Below are positions 1 to 10,752 of a stretch of 64,000 bases of DNA, piece by piece. The notes beneath the pieces are model-generated. The model did not search any database and had not been told where the DNA came from. It saw only the letters and a program-made list of their open reading frames with translations. Origin of the DNA: Gonapodya sp. JEL0774. Taxonomy: Eukaryota. Made by a program: the position numbers and the translations under genes. Each line of letters opens with the position of its first letter. Positions within the stretch are counted from its first letter, which is position 1. Where the stretch lies: positions 1 through 64,000 of the forward strand of contig JADIIX010000053.1 of the NCBI GenBank assembly GCA_027604505.1, read 5' to 3'.

Positions 1-73
1 CACTCCAGGCCTATCACTAGGCCACCATCCCATCATAGAGGGCTGAGATCGATACGTAGTGACAGCCCCACTA

Positions 74-210
74 CAGTGTGTGAGCGAGTCAACTCACGAG
101 TTTTACAAATCACAACTCGCGACTCGCTCAATTTATCTAAACCCAACTCGCTCGCAACTCGCGAGTTTCAGCCCGCCGAGTTGGCGAGTTTTCACTCGCT
201 CACTCATAGC
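74..210. repeat. MITE-like / DNA-transposon end with imperfect terminal inverted repeat and internal ACTCGC/GCGAGT repeats
   Basis: TGTGTGAGCGAGT (77-89) pairs with ACTCGCTCACTCA (194-206) with one mismatch; many ACTCGC/CGAGT copies in both orientations lie between them; non-coding. Confidence 0.4.
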
Positions 211-997
211 TTTAGTCCCCCTGCCGCTCTTCTCTCGACACTTTGCCCCATCGAATCCAAAAAATCCTCGGCCACTCTGCAAAAGCAATAAAATCCTAGA
301 CTCACCAAGACTATGTGAATTCATGATGTTCTAGTTTGAGCTAAGTTCCCGAGAGGTTTCTTCAGTTTGTCAGGGCTGAAATCTCCAGACGGTCTACTGG
401 GAGCGCCAGATGTCAGAAATGAGAGAAGACAGCGAACGCAAGGCATCTGTCTTGTGCTCGCGCAGTGCGGATGTGAAGAAAAGTGTCAACAAATAGTTTC
501 GCATGTTGTCTCTCCGACGCAGGAACCTTCACTCGAGTTCAAACTCACCGCCGTGTTTTAAAAGGTCAGTCAGCGACCGACCGAATGAACTAGTTCGATA
601 AACCTATGAGAGAGAGTGGTTGGTTAGGGAGTTTCCCTCGTTGGAATCACGGCCTCGTGCGCGTCAAAGTCGACTCCAGCATCTCGACATGTGCTCTACC
701 ATTTTCTGAATCGACGGATCTGGACTCCGCTCCGTCGGCGGATCACTGTAACTCACACAGATCCATCATTTTGGCTGTACCCGCCATCTTGATCCAAAGG
801 ATTGGTCTCCCAACCTGTGCCGGCGGATGGCGACTGAACAAGTTCGGTGAGACTCGGATTCAGCGAATCCTGCGGAAATGCGAGAAACACGATCACGCGG
901 ACTCGATCAGCGCGGTCAGCTTCCCATGCTTTGTGGGGACAAAAAATCTGCCATCCATTTTTCGCAAAAACGGTGCTTGTGAAAATTGTGAACATGT

Positions 998-2098
998 TCA
1001 TGTTCCCAAAGATTGGTATTCATCTCTAAATAGTAGGACTATCCTACGCCGCGGTTCCACAACTCGGCCATTCCATATGCGCACACTTGGGTCAATTGGA
1101 ATCGCATGAGTATAGTCATACCGCAGTGAATCACTTGATGAAGTCAAAAAGTCTTCTGTTAGGGAAACAATGTCCAATATCCACAAGTTCTCTCACCGTT
1201 GCAGGTAGAAACATCCCGGGGGGAGCAATACTCTAATTGTTCCGTCAGTCACCGTATCAAGCTGTCGCTCTGAAGCGGGAACGATATGGTGAAAAGTGGT
1301 CCTTTCCGTAACAGCGATCGACACAGAGTCTGTGCAAGCCGACACAGGCTGTGTTTGTCGACGGATCTTCTGAAAAACAAGAACTGCCTCGCTCCCCAAG
1401 CATAATCCGGCTACCATCCGACCGCTGGCGCGCAAGTTGTCGACGTGGTGCCGTATTTCACCGTCCCTTTCCCGAAGTTCCAGCACATGCGGGGCCAGGA
1501 GGTGAGTAGATGGGTGAAAAAGGGACCACACGCGTTTAAGAATCGGAAGGACTCCATGATCTCGGGAAACTTCCGGTATTTGGAGGAGGTCCGACACCCT
1601 TCCAGACCCCCAGGAACTGATGGTGCATTCCCGGTAATTAGAAATGACACTATCAAAGTGCTAAGAGAATTCGATCATGTTCGGAGAAAGTCACGCGGTA
1701 TTCTGAATCTTGAAACGAGCTCTCTCACTCCATCGCTGTACTTCCGACCAACGATTCTCCTTAATTTTGAAGTACACGCCTGCCATGAATTCGAGCTCAC
1801 GGTCTCTATGTGTTACAAGCAATTTAGAGTGGTGGGCTCTCACAGCAATAAGAGTCTCCTGCTCTGCACTTGTCAGAAAGTCGGGAATAAGGACTAGTCC
1901 ACGAGGATCAAAGTCTGATGGAGCGTTTTTGAGATCCACAAAGGCTGATATTGTCTCCTTTGGGGTAGTGAGAAGTTCCTCGCGATAGTGTGTAATCGTC
2001 GAGAAAGGGGAACGTTGGTAGCGAGCACAACTAAAGGACGAGACAAGTTGGCCAAGACGCAAGCACGAGATTCTGCTGAAGCCAACTACGGAAGCCAT
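998..2098 (-). CDS. ALKBH7: AlkB-family Fe(II)/2-oxoglutarate dioxygenase, ALKBH7-like (spliced)
   Basis: Exons give GLVLIPDFLTSAEQE, PHVLEL..IRHHVDN..VAGLCLGS (HxD), LLPPGCFYLQR|DSLRYDYTHAI (distal His) and RRRIVLLFR (RxxxxxR), collinear with ALKBH7; the basic N-terminus resembles a mitochondrial presequence. Confidence 0.8.
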
Positions 2099-3009
2099 GT
2101 GAACAGCAATAATGACTCCCGAGAGTGCTGAGGGTCACTTTTGTTGGACTGGGTCATCATTTTGTTGCACGATGCCTTCAGGTTTGTTTCACCCTTCCCT
2201 ATTCCAAGAACGCTACGCGGCTTTCATGCCGTGTGCCGGACAAATTGATTTATTGGCAACGGGAATGAATGGATTGATATCGCTGCTGTTGCTGCAATGG
2301 ATATACAAAGTTATATATAGTCGCCTCTGAATGAGATATCCCCATCGTGTTCTTCTATGATATAATAAGAATGGGGATGTCCAAATGCAATGAAAACGCA
2401 ATGAAAACGCGCTACGTGTTGTGCAATTCGTGAGCCTTGCAGAACGACCCACACTCAAAATGATGTTTCATTTATCCCCAAGATGACGCTTCTGATGCTA
2501 ACATGCAGGTCAAAGGAGGACAACTCGCCAGCATAGAATGGAACTGAACTGCAATTACCATTCTCGGATCTCAGAGCACGAACAGACCAAAAAAGCGGAA
2601 TTATACGTCTTGTGCGCCTGTTATTGCCCTGCGTCCAGTACTCTGATCAATTGGATTGATCAGTGAATAAAGTCATGCCCTGATGAAAACGTTTATTCAT
2701 CGTGTCACCGTTTCAGAATTTCAGAATAAACGTGTTGTTCGGTGACAGAACTGAAATTCAGGAAGTGACGGAACGATCGATGAAGTGTGCTAAAGGACTG
2801 TATGGACGCACTCAGAAAACTTTTTCTGGCTCCGCGGACCTAAGTTCAAAAGGTCAACTGGTGACATGGACAAAATGGCGAACTTTACAGATCGGCCTCT
2901 GCAATCATTATCCACAGATCGACCTCGTAATATATCACTGGAGTTCGACACGAAGCATATCTCACAATGACGGTGGCAAGACTTTGAACATTCACGAATC
3001 TTCGAGTAT

Positions 3010-3560
3010 ATCTAAGAAGATACTGAAGTACAAAACACGAACCTGATAAAAGGCCAGCTCGCCGAAGCTTATGGAGTGCAGATTCGCACAATCAACATAT
3101 GGCTCAGTGCTGCGGGCGCTCGCGACACTCCAGACGCTCCAGACGCTCCGGACGCTCCGGGCGCTCCCGAGGGCCCTGACGGTCCCAACGTTCCCAACGC
3201 TCCTAACGCTCCAGCCGTAGCTCCGCTCAGGGTCCACCGGAAGAATGATCGGAAGCCCATGCTCAATGAATCGGATTCATTCGATACATGACGGAGGACT
3301 TGACGCGCTATCAGCGTGACGGCGTCGCTTTCATAAAACGGTACGGCAAGGTTATAAACGCAACAATCTGTCTCAAGAATACTCCGCCGCCACGACCAGC
3401 CCCTCCCGACCGATCGCCACTAAGTTCCCAAGCTTGATTAAAGTTAGTGAGGTACTCTCTGCTGCTGCAAAAAATTCACCTGGGAGGATAGAGGCGATTG
3501 TTCGTATGCCTTCCGTATGCGTTTGGGGGACGCTGGAGTGATCATCTTTTCTAACCTCGG
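3010..3560 (+). mobile_element. Decayed Tc1/IS630-like transposase fragment (frameshifts and stops)
   Basis: HTH-like QLAEAYGVQIRTINIWL (~3055-3105), then across frameshifts IRYMTEDLTRYQRDGVAFIKRYGKVI / TQQSVSRILRRH (3358-3393), resembling the second DNA-binding domain of Tc1/IS630 transposases; no readable DDE domain. Confidence 0.4.
3124..3213. repeat. Degenerate 9-bp tandem repeat, 10 units (GACGCTCCN-like)
   Basis: gacactcca gacgctcca gacgctccg gacgctccg ggcgctccc gagggccct gacggtccc aacgttccc aacgctcct aacgctcca; reads as xxP repeats on the + strand. Confidence 0.85.
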
Positions 3561-3857
3561 AGACTCTTCCCCAGTAATAGTGATGAATCTTAGCAGCATT
3601 GCCTCAGTAGCTCAGGAAAGCAAGATACGCAATAAGATTTGAAATTCTCAAGTTCTATAAACTAATGATGCCCCTTGACTTATTGTGCCATATGCCCAAA
3701 GACATAGGTACTCAAAAGTCCAAAACCAGGAGTTGTTAAAAGCGATATCTTATCTCCAGATTCAGACGAATAACGCGGTGCTTCTTCCTTAAAAAGATAT
3801 TACTAGTCATTGTCAAAGTCCTGATAGAAAGAGAGTTTATCTTATCCCCACCAGTGT

Positions 3858-6800
3858 TCATGCTGCTTCTCCCGCCACCATACCTGAGTCAACTAGATCT
3901 CCTTCGGCTTGTCTCGCCAAGTTTACAAAACTGGGAGGCGCACTTGCAAATCGAGGAGGCAATCCAGGATCTACCTGAGCTGATGATGATGAAGCTGAGA
4001 GTGGGGTTGTGACTGAATTTGGGCTCTCCTGCGGAAACTGTACTGCCGCAATCTCTGAAGGAGAACCAAACCTCTCGCCAGCGCTACCAGCTGCCATGCC
4101 AGATATTCCACCTTCGATGACTCCTGGTGCCTCTGACCCTGTTGTTCCCGTTCGCGGGCTGGTCGCCGCACCACCACCGGTTGAACCTGACCTACCCAAG
4201 GCCGGCTGGCGCAGCTGTGTACCAGTTCGGGACAACAGGCGTGTGAATGTTGCCGAAAGTGGTGTACCAGGAGTGTATGGAGGAGGTGCAGCCCCGCCAT
4301 CCGACAAGGCAGCCGCATTCGCCTGTCCTAACAATATCTCTTGAAGTTGAATGATACGCTGACTTGACTCAGCCGCATCATTTAGACGTCGTATTTGCTC
4401 CCTTGCATCTCGGAGTTGTTCATCGCGGTTACGCAAATCACGAGCACCTCTCGCAACTTCACGTCGCAACTCGGCTTGGGACCGGGATGCCGCGCTCTGT
4501 TGTTTGAGCAGCTCGGAACGCTGCTCCGAGACTGTCTTTTCGAGAGCAAGAAGGCGCTGCGCGTGGTCGAGTGAGCTAGCGACTAACATGGGGTTAGTCA
4601 GAGCAGCTGCGAGGGCCTCCTTCGCCGCTTGAACTTCCTGCTCAAGAACAAGAATGCGAGCTTGTTGGAGCGCGGACATGGTGCGGAGCTCTTCAATGTA
4701 AAGGTTTTGCTTAGAAGAGCGGGTTGTTGTGCGGATCCGCAGATGAGACTCGATGAGATCAGCAAAGGATTTATCCTCCATCGTTTTTGCCCGTTCCCGG
4801 GCGGCCTGCGAAATTTGGGTCCCGTAACTCAGCAGCATCTTCACTAATGTGTAGTCAGGTTTTGCTTGCCGGAAGTCCGCCGCGTCTCTCGGATTCTCAG
4901 GATCCTGCAGTTCCACCTTGTATCCTGGTTTGTTTGTTGGCAGCGCAAAATTCTCAGCAGCCATTCTGTTGAAATCACGGAGAACATTGCCAAATGGCGA
5001 TGATATTGTTCCCGCAATCATGGCAATATCGAGCACACTAGAAAATGAGCACGTTGCAGCCCATCTTCCATTCTCCCAAGTCCTATTCCATTCGTCCTGG
5101 TCCCCCCAATTAGCCAATCGCCAGCCCAAATCGGCATTGGGATCCGCACCTATAGTTTTTGTCAACATATAGATTTTTGAATGTACTGAAATAAGAGACT
5201 AACCCGCATCCAGGAGTTGCCGTGCCAATGCTTCGCTTCCCCGAACCACCGCTAGTGCAAGAGCAGATTCGGCTTCACTTTCATCCCGCTTTAATTCTCC
5301 ATTCACTGTAGCCCGAAGAAATATCTAAAATGGTACTTAATGAAAGGCATGTTCAAATAGCTGTGGAAGGTAAGCCTCACCTTCTTCCGCGTCCGTGGAT
5401 TTGCTCCATTCTTGAGAGCATCCCTTGCTAGATCCAGTCGCCCTGCCTCGATCGCGTCAATGAGCAACTTGTCTTTGATTTCTTGATGAAGAGATGTGGC
5501 TATATCCAGATCTGAGACAGTCGTTTGAGGAGCTCGCGTCTGAATCGTGGGACTCGAGCTTGCGTGGACGGGTGATCCAGCTGTTCGATCTTCTGACGTC
5601 AGAGAAGTAGGCAGATGTAAGTTCGATATATCAGTAGACCCTGCCAGATTAGCCAATGCAGGTGCTTCGCCAACACTAAGGGTTTGTGCGGTGTTTGAAC
5701 TCAGGCCCAATGTTGTCGACGGTTGTGCGGAAGGTGTCTCTGCAGCGAGATCAAAGAGAGGTGGCTCTACTTTGGGAGGCTTGCAAGCGTCCGCAATTTT
5801 CTTGAGATGCTCTTCAATCATGTTGGAAATGGTGCGATCCTCCAGAGTTTTCGCCTTAGCACGCGCACCCGCAGACACCTGTGCTCCGTATGAGAGGAGA
5901 ATGCGAACAATGACAGGGGACGGATGCACTCGTATGAAATCTGCGCAGAAAAAGCAAACATGAGGATATAAGGCGTTCGCAAACGACCCCTTTCAACTTG
6001 CCACAAGCTTCGGTCTGACTATGTGGGGTATGAAGAACGACCCGAGCACCGTCTTTGTTAACGGCGAGAACTCGATCGTCGATAAGAGCCCCAAAGTCCC
6101 TCGTGATACTTTTTAATGAGTTCATTGTTACTACATGGAGAGAGGCTTTACTGGATTCCACAACGAACTCACTTAGAGAATGGGGAGAAGAACTGAGGCG
6201 CCACCAAAGTGATATCGATCAGAGAGGGAAAAACATAAGTTGCGGCATACCGCGTTCCTTGGTTCCACCGCTCTTCCTCCCACTCGCCCTCGAAGTCTGG
6301 GATTCGCCAGCCGATCTCGCGATTTAAATCCGCACCTGCAAATTGCAAATGCTCGGTATTTACTTGAACACTCTACCATAAACGAGTCCATAAACGAGTC
6401 AGCCCACCAGCCTTGCACAATTCCTCAATGAGTGCCGTCTCTCCATACAAAACTGCCAACGCAATTGCGGATTCGGCCCATATTTCGTCCGTTTTGATGT
6501 CCATACCGAACCTTACGTTGAGCTGAACCCGTTTTCGCGCATGAGGTGAGGCACCGTCCCGCAAGGCCGCACGAACCAAATCCAGTCGACGGGATTCGAG
6601 CGCCGTGATTAGTCGTTCGTTGGGAGATGGGCCTTGTAAGGAGGCACCCTCTAACGATGGGGTTGGGAATACATCAAGATCAACAGCACCTGGTTCGGAG
6701 GCCGGGATTACGTCGAGAGATGGATCCTCGGTCACGGCAGACGGTGCAGATCTCGCTATAGGAATCTTCCGGTATTCAGCCTTGCGCTGCGGAACAAATT

Positions 6801-9149
6801 TACGGAAATGAGTCTCGAGCAACTCTTTAAACTCAGGGTTCTCCAGTTTCCTTGCCCTCGCCCTTGCAGTGCTTGATACCTGCGCTCCACGCCCCAGCAG
6901 AAGTTTCATCATTCCTAGCGACGGCTCTAGCCGCCCAACAATGCAAACGTGTTCAGTGGAGCGAGGATCCCGAATTAGCGGATGTGGACCTTTTTTGTTG
7001 TAGGCGAGACAGCCACGTTGCATAGCGAGACGGGTGAACTGTTGACGGACTGGGCAGCGTTCAAGGAAGCCAGAGTGTTGAGGTCACGGCGGGTGAGTTC
7101 ATAGAAGTGTTGTAAGAAGAGTCACAGTGGCTGAGACGATCTGCGGCAGCTTACTGTCGTTGTACGGCGTCAGTAGGTGAGCGCTCGTGAGAACCAAGTC
7201 GAAAACGGATGGAAATCTAAATTGTCGAACACCAACGAATAAAGACCATTGGCTCGAAAAACGCCCATTCCAAATTTGTTTTCAACGGAAAGCTCACTGA
7301 TACTCCAAGAACCAGTGATTCTTTTCCCAACGCTCTTGCGTCCACTGATCGTGGTATTCAGCGAGCTTCCAGCTTATTGGGGCGTTGATATCGCATCCTT
7401 CAGGACCAGGACGTGACATCACATGACATTCAATCCATTACGCGCCAAACACGTCAACGCCTTACCGGAGTCCAGAATTTCTTTTACGATGTCCAAATTT
7501 TCGTGCATAACGGCCAACGCTAGAACAGACTCTACCTCGGAAGTATCCTTACGGACCTCGCCATCAACCATGACACTCAACGTCACTTTTTTCCTCGCAT
7601 TGACATCAGCACCGTCGTTGAGTGCGGTCTTAACAGCAGAGAGGTCACTGGCCTCGATGGCTCGGATGAGCCGAGAAGTTGGATCGTTTGTAGCGTCTGA
7701 CGGTAAATGGTCACCGGCGCTGATTGAAGCGGGGAGTTTCCCACCGGGGCCTGCCTCCGCCTGTTCCCCTTCACCATTATTCTCCTCCTCATCATTATCC
7801 TCGTTCTCGTCATCGTTAACTGAATCACGTGCAGCACCTTCCGCATCTTGACACTCCTCCGTACCTGCCGGAGCTTCAGCTTGACTTTCCATTTGCTGCG
7901 TTGCCTCAAGGATCAGCTGCCTGAACGAGTCAACCATAAAGTGCCTTTGCACGGTCTCTCCAACGACCCCGCCGAGCCTTCCTGCTCTCTGAGAATCTAC
8001 TTCTGTGATACTCGCGTCCTCGTGCTCGCACAATAGTCTCACGATCTCGACAGAAGGGTGAATTGTTCGAGTGATCGAAATTTTGGATTTTGGATTAACG
8101 TGCTGGACAAGCGAGCCTGGGAGGTTGAGCTCAATTTCACCCTCTGTAAGAGCGAGGTGAAGGGCGGAAGTATAGGTGAACGCTTGACGCCTGGAATTCG
8201 CGAGAAGTGAGATTCGAATATGGGTCGATGTCGCTCCGAAGAGTCTCACCACCGCTCCTCCCAATCACCGCTTGTCCAAAATGTAGCAGAGAAATCAGGA
8301 ATTTTCCATTCAATTTTGGCGTTGATATCTGAGCCTACAGATGTCGTGAGTTTCAGAGCATTAGAATGAGGATTCAATTGAAACTCACCAGCTTTCAGGA
8401 GTAATTCCACAATCTCCGCATTACCAGTGACAATTGCACACGCGAGACAGCTCTCTCCTTCTATGGAATCCTCGCGCTGTTCCCGTTCCCGGACAATTTC
8501 CACAGCAGATTCTCCATTATCATCCCGTTCTTGGGCAAGCTGGGCCACGATCGTTATCCGTTTACGAGAATTGGGATCTGCGCCAAGAGAAAGCGCCTTT
8601 CGAACCAGGGCGGCGTCAGAGGACTCAATCGCTTCAATTAGAGCGGAAGAAGGCTCGGCGGGACCCCGAGGGTCCACTTGAGCAACCGGAAACGCATCTG
8701 CAGTTGTTTCATTATTATCTGTAACGGCTGATTGGGCGGTTGAGGAAAAAATAGGAAGCATTCGTGAGTGGTCTTGGATGGCCGAGTCCCACAATATGTT
8801 GTTCGAGCACTAATATAAGCAACATCAACGGATAGATAGCTATTCGCTTGGACTTCCCTTTACTTGGACCCCACATTTCGATGCATCTCTCGCTCGCTTG
8901 CGCTACGCGCGGCTCCTTTCCTTCCACCGGCGCGTCCCTTGCTTCTATGCGGTGCTTTACAACCTCTCTCAAGCTCCTACACATCAAAACACATACGTCA
9001 GACGACACAGACAAGGAAATCGTCTGTGTGAATGAATGGATCGATACTTTGCGAGGGAAGAAGGTCACAGTGGACACTTCTCGTCAGTGTTGAAGAGGAG
9101 AGACAACCTGAATCTTGATCAGTCGTTCCACGTTTACTTCTAAAGCCAT
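3858..9149 (-). CDS. Large multi-exon protein with four tandem interrupted ankyrin-like modules and a C-terminal coiled coil / low-complexity tail (5' end uncertain)
   Basis: Four copies of LI.AIE...L..V..AL..GA.P..RK.V.L....ES.LA.AV..G...I...LL.AG|(A/S/C)D.N...W.(I/L); heptad-rich LEQEVQAAKEAL..ELRREVARGARDLRNRDEQLRDAREQIRRL; GT-AG joins restore frame where checked. Confidence 0.75.
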
Positions 9150-10752
9150 GTCACTTTCTGCTTTCTACCACGTCTTTCCACTTGGTGCCAGTTGACTCGT
9201 CCTGGGCTAATCTTCTTTCCGTTACCATCTCGGAAGCTCGGAACGACAAATCAAGCGCGGCACAGCCGCCGGCGGTGCACCCCCGTACTTTTCAGAAAGG
9301 CGATGTGTTGCCTCCGTTTTGGCGTGCGTCTTTGCTGGGTTTCTTCATGCAAAGGACATACAATAATCGCACAAAACATTACTTCTATGGTGGTCAGACC
9401 TCATCTACTTTCACAGACTCACCACCCGCGACCAAATATCTAGTGACGGGCACGAACTGCTTTTGTCACCACCTTCACCCCCATTCGTGCGGCGCATGTG
9501 GGCAGGAGGCTCTGTCTCGTGAGTGTGATTCGCCGGGGCTTTCAATATGGATAAGGTAGCTGGAAGGCGGAAGGTTCTAAAGTAGCGTACCCGCATCCTA
9601 GAGTGAACGAGCTCCCTTTTCTGTCTCAATCAGCTATCATGCCATTTCTCACTCACCCTTCTAATTTCAGTTGGAACCCCTGGTATCCCCTCACAATCGG
9701 CAAACCCGCCCAGCTCACTCTAACCCCGTCCAAAGTGGAAACCAAAATTGGTCGCAAATCTGGCCGTTTGGTCCTTGTCTCAGAGAACAGGGAGCACATA
9801 ACGGACGCCAATTGGTCGGTGAGGGAACGTAGAGACGTTGTGTACCTCAAAGAACCCGATACGGTTGGAGTAGACAAGTCGCATGATGTGTTTGGTACCT
9901 CGGAAATTCATTTTAGCGATCCAGCAGACTTCTCGCGCACCCTAATCCCCGATAGGATTATGCTGTTTCGCTTCTCTGCGCTCACTTTTAACTCTCACAG
10001 AATACACTAGTGAGTTAGAAATTTGATGCACTTGATTGCTCATGCACCTCATTCTCTGCGTGTCAACAGTGACATCAACGCTGTCCGCCACGAAGGTCAT
10101 CCTGATCTCATCGTTCAGTGAGCTCTTTGTTGTTGCTAAAGCTGTGCAGCACTTCCTCTTTTCATAATCTATCTCTCCATTCAATATATCAATTCAGTGG
10201 TCCCATGATTTCCCTCCTGCTTCTTGATCTCTGCGCTAGACACGTTCCGAATCGAACTATCACAAAATGGAAATAGTGAGTTGCATTACATTCTTGGACA
10301 TTTCGGTATCTGCCAAAAGCAGTGTCCTCCTTGTACACCCTTAACCCCGCCTCGCTTCCCTATGTTCGATTTTCCTTCCGACCGTGTCGTTCTCGCAGCC
10401 GTGCCCTTTCCCCATTCTATGTCGACCGCCCGCTGCGCCTATTTGGACGAATTGCAGACGACTCTAAGAGCGCTGGCTCAGCCGAGCTCTGGGCGATGGA
10501 TGACCATGGTAAGGTCGGGATGAAGGGCACCGTAGATTTTGGCTGAGAGGGAGGAAGGCGAATGCAGGGGATGCTTTGAGGATTCTAAAAAGCGAGGGCG
10601 CTCGAATTAGTTTTCGCTTCGTGTTGCGTTTGCGTTTCGAATATATTGTGTTTGTGTCTTTTCATCCAAAGAGACCACAGCATCCGCTTCCCAGTTTCCC
10701 CGAGCTGGACCTTCCGATCCCACCTGAATTGACCCATCATTTTTCTCCAGTC

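Noticed and set aside
300..990. ORFs 367-561 and 606-1109 on the + strand
   Set aside because: No motif; partly antisense to the ALKBH7 3' end; probably chance frames
3069..3266. Collagen-like GxxGxx ORF on the minus strand
   Set aside because: Only the antisense reading of the 9-bp minisatellite
9180..10550. Several 70-135 aa ORFs between the ankyrin-like and CocE genes
   Set aside because: No recognisable domain or consistent splice path; a small or decayed gene cannot be excluded
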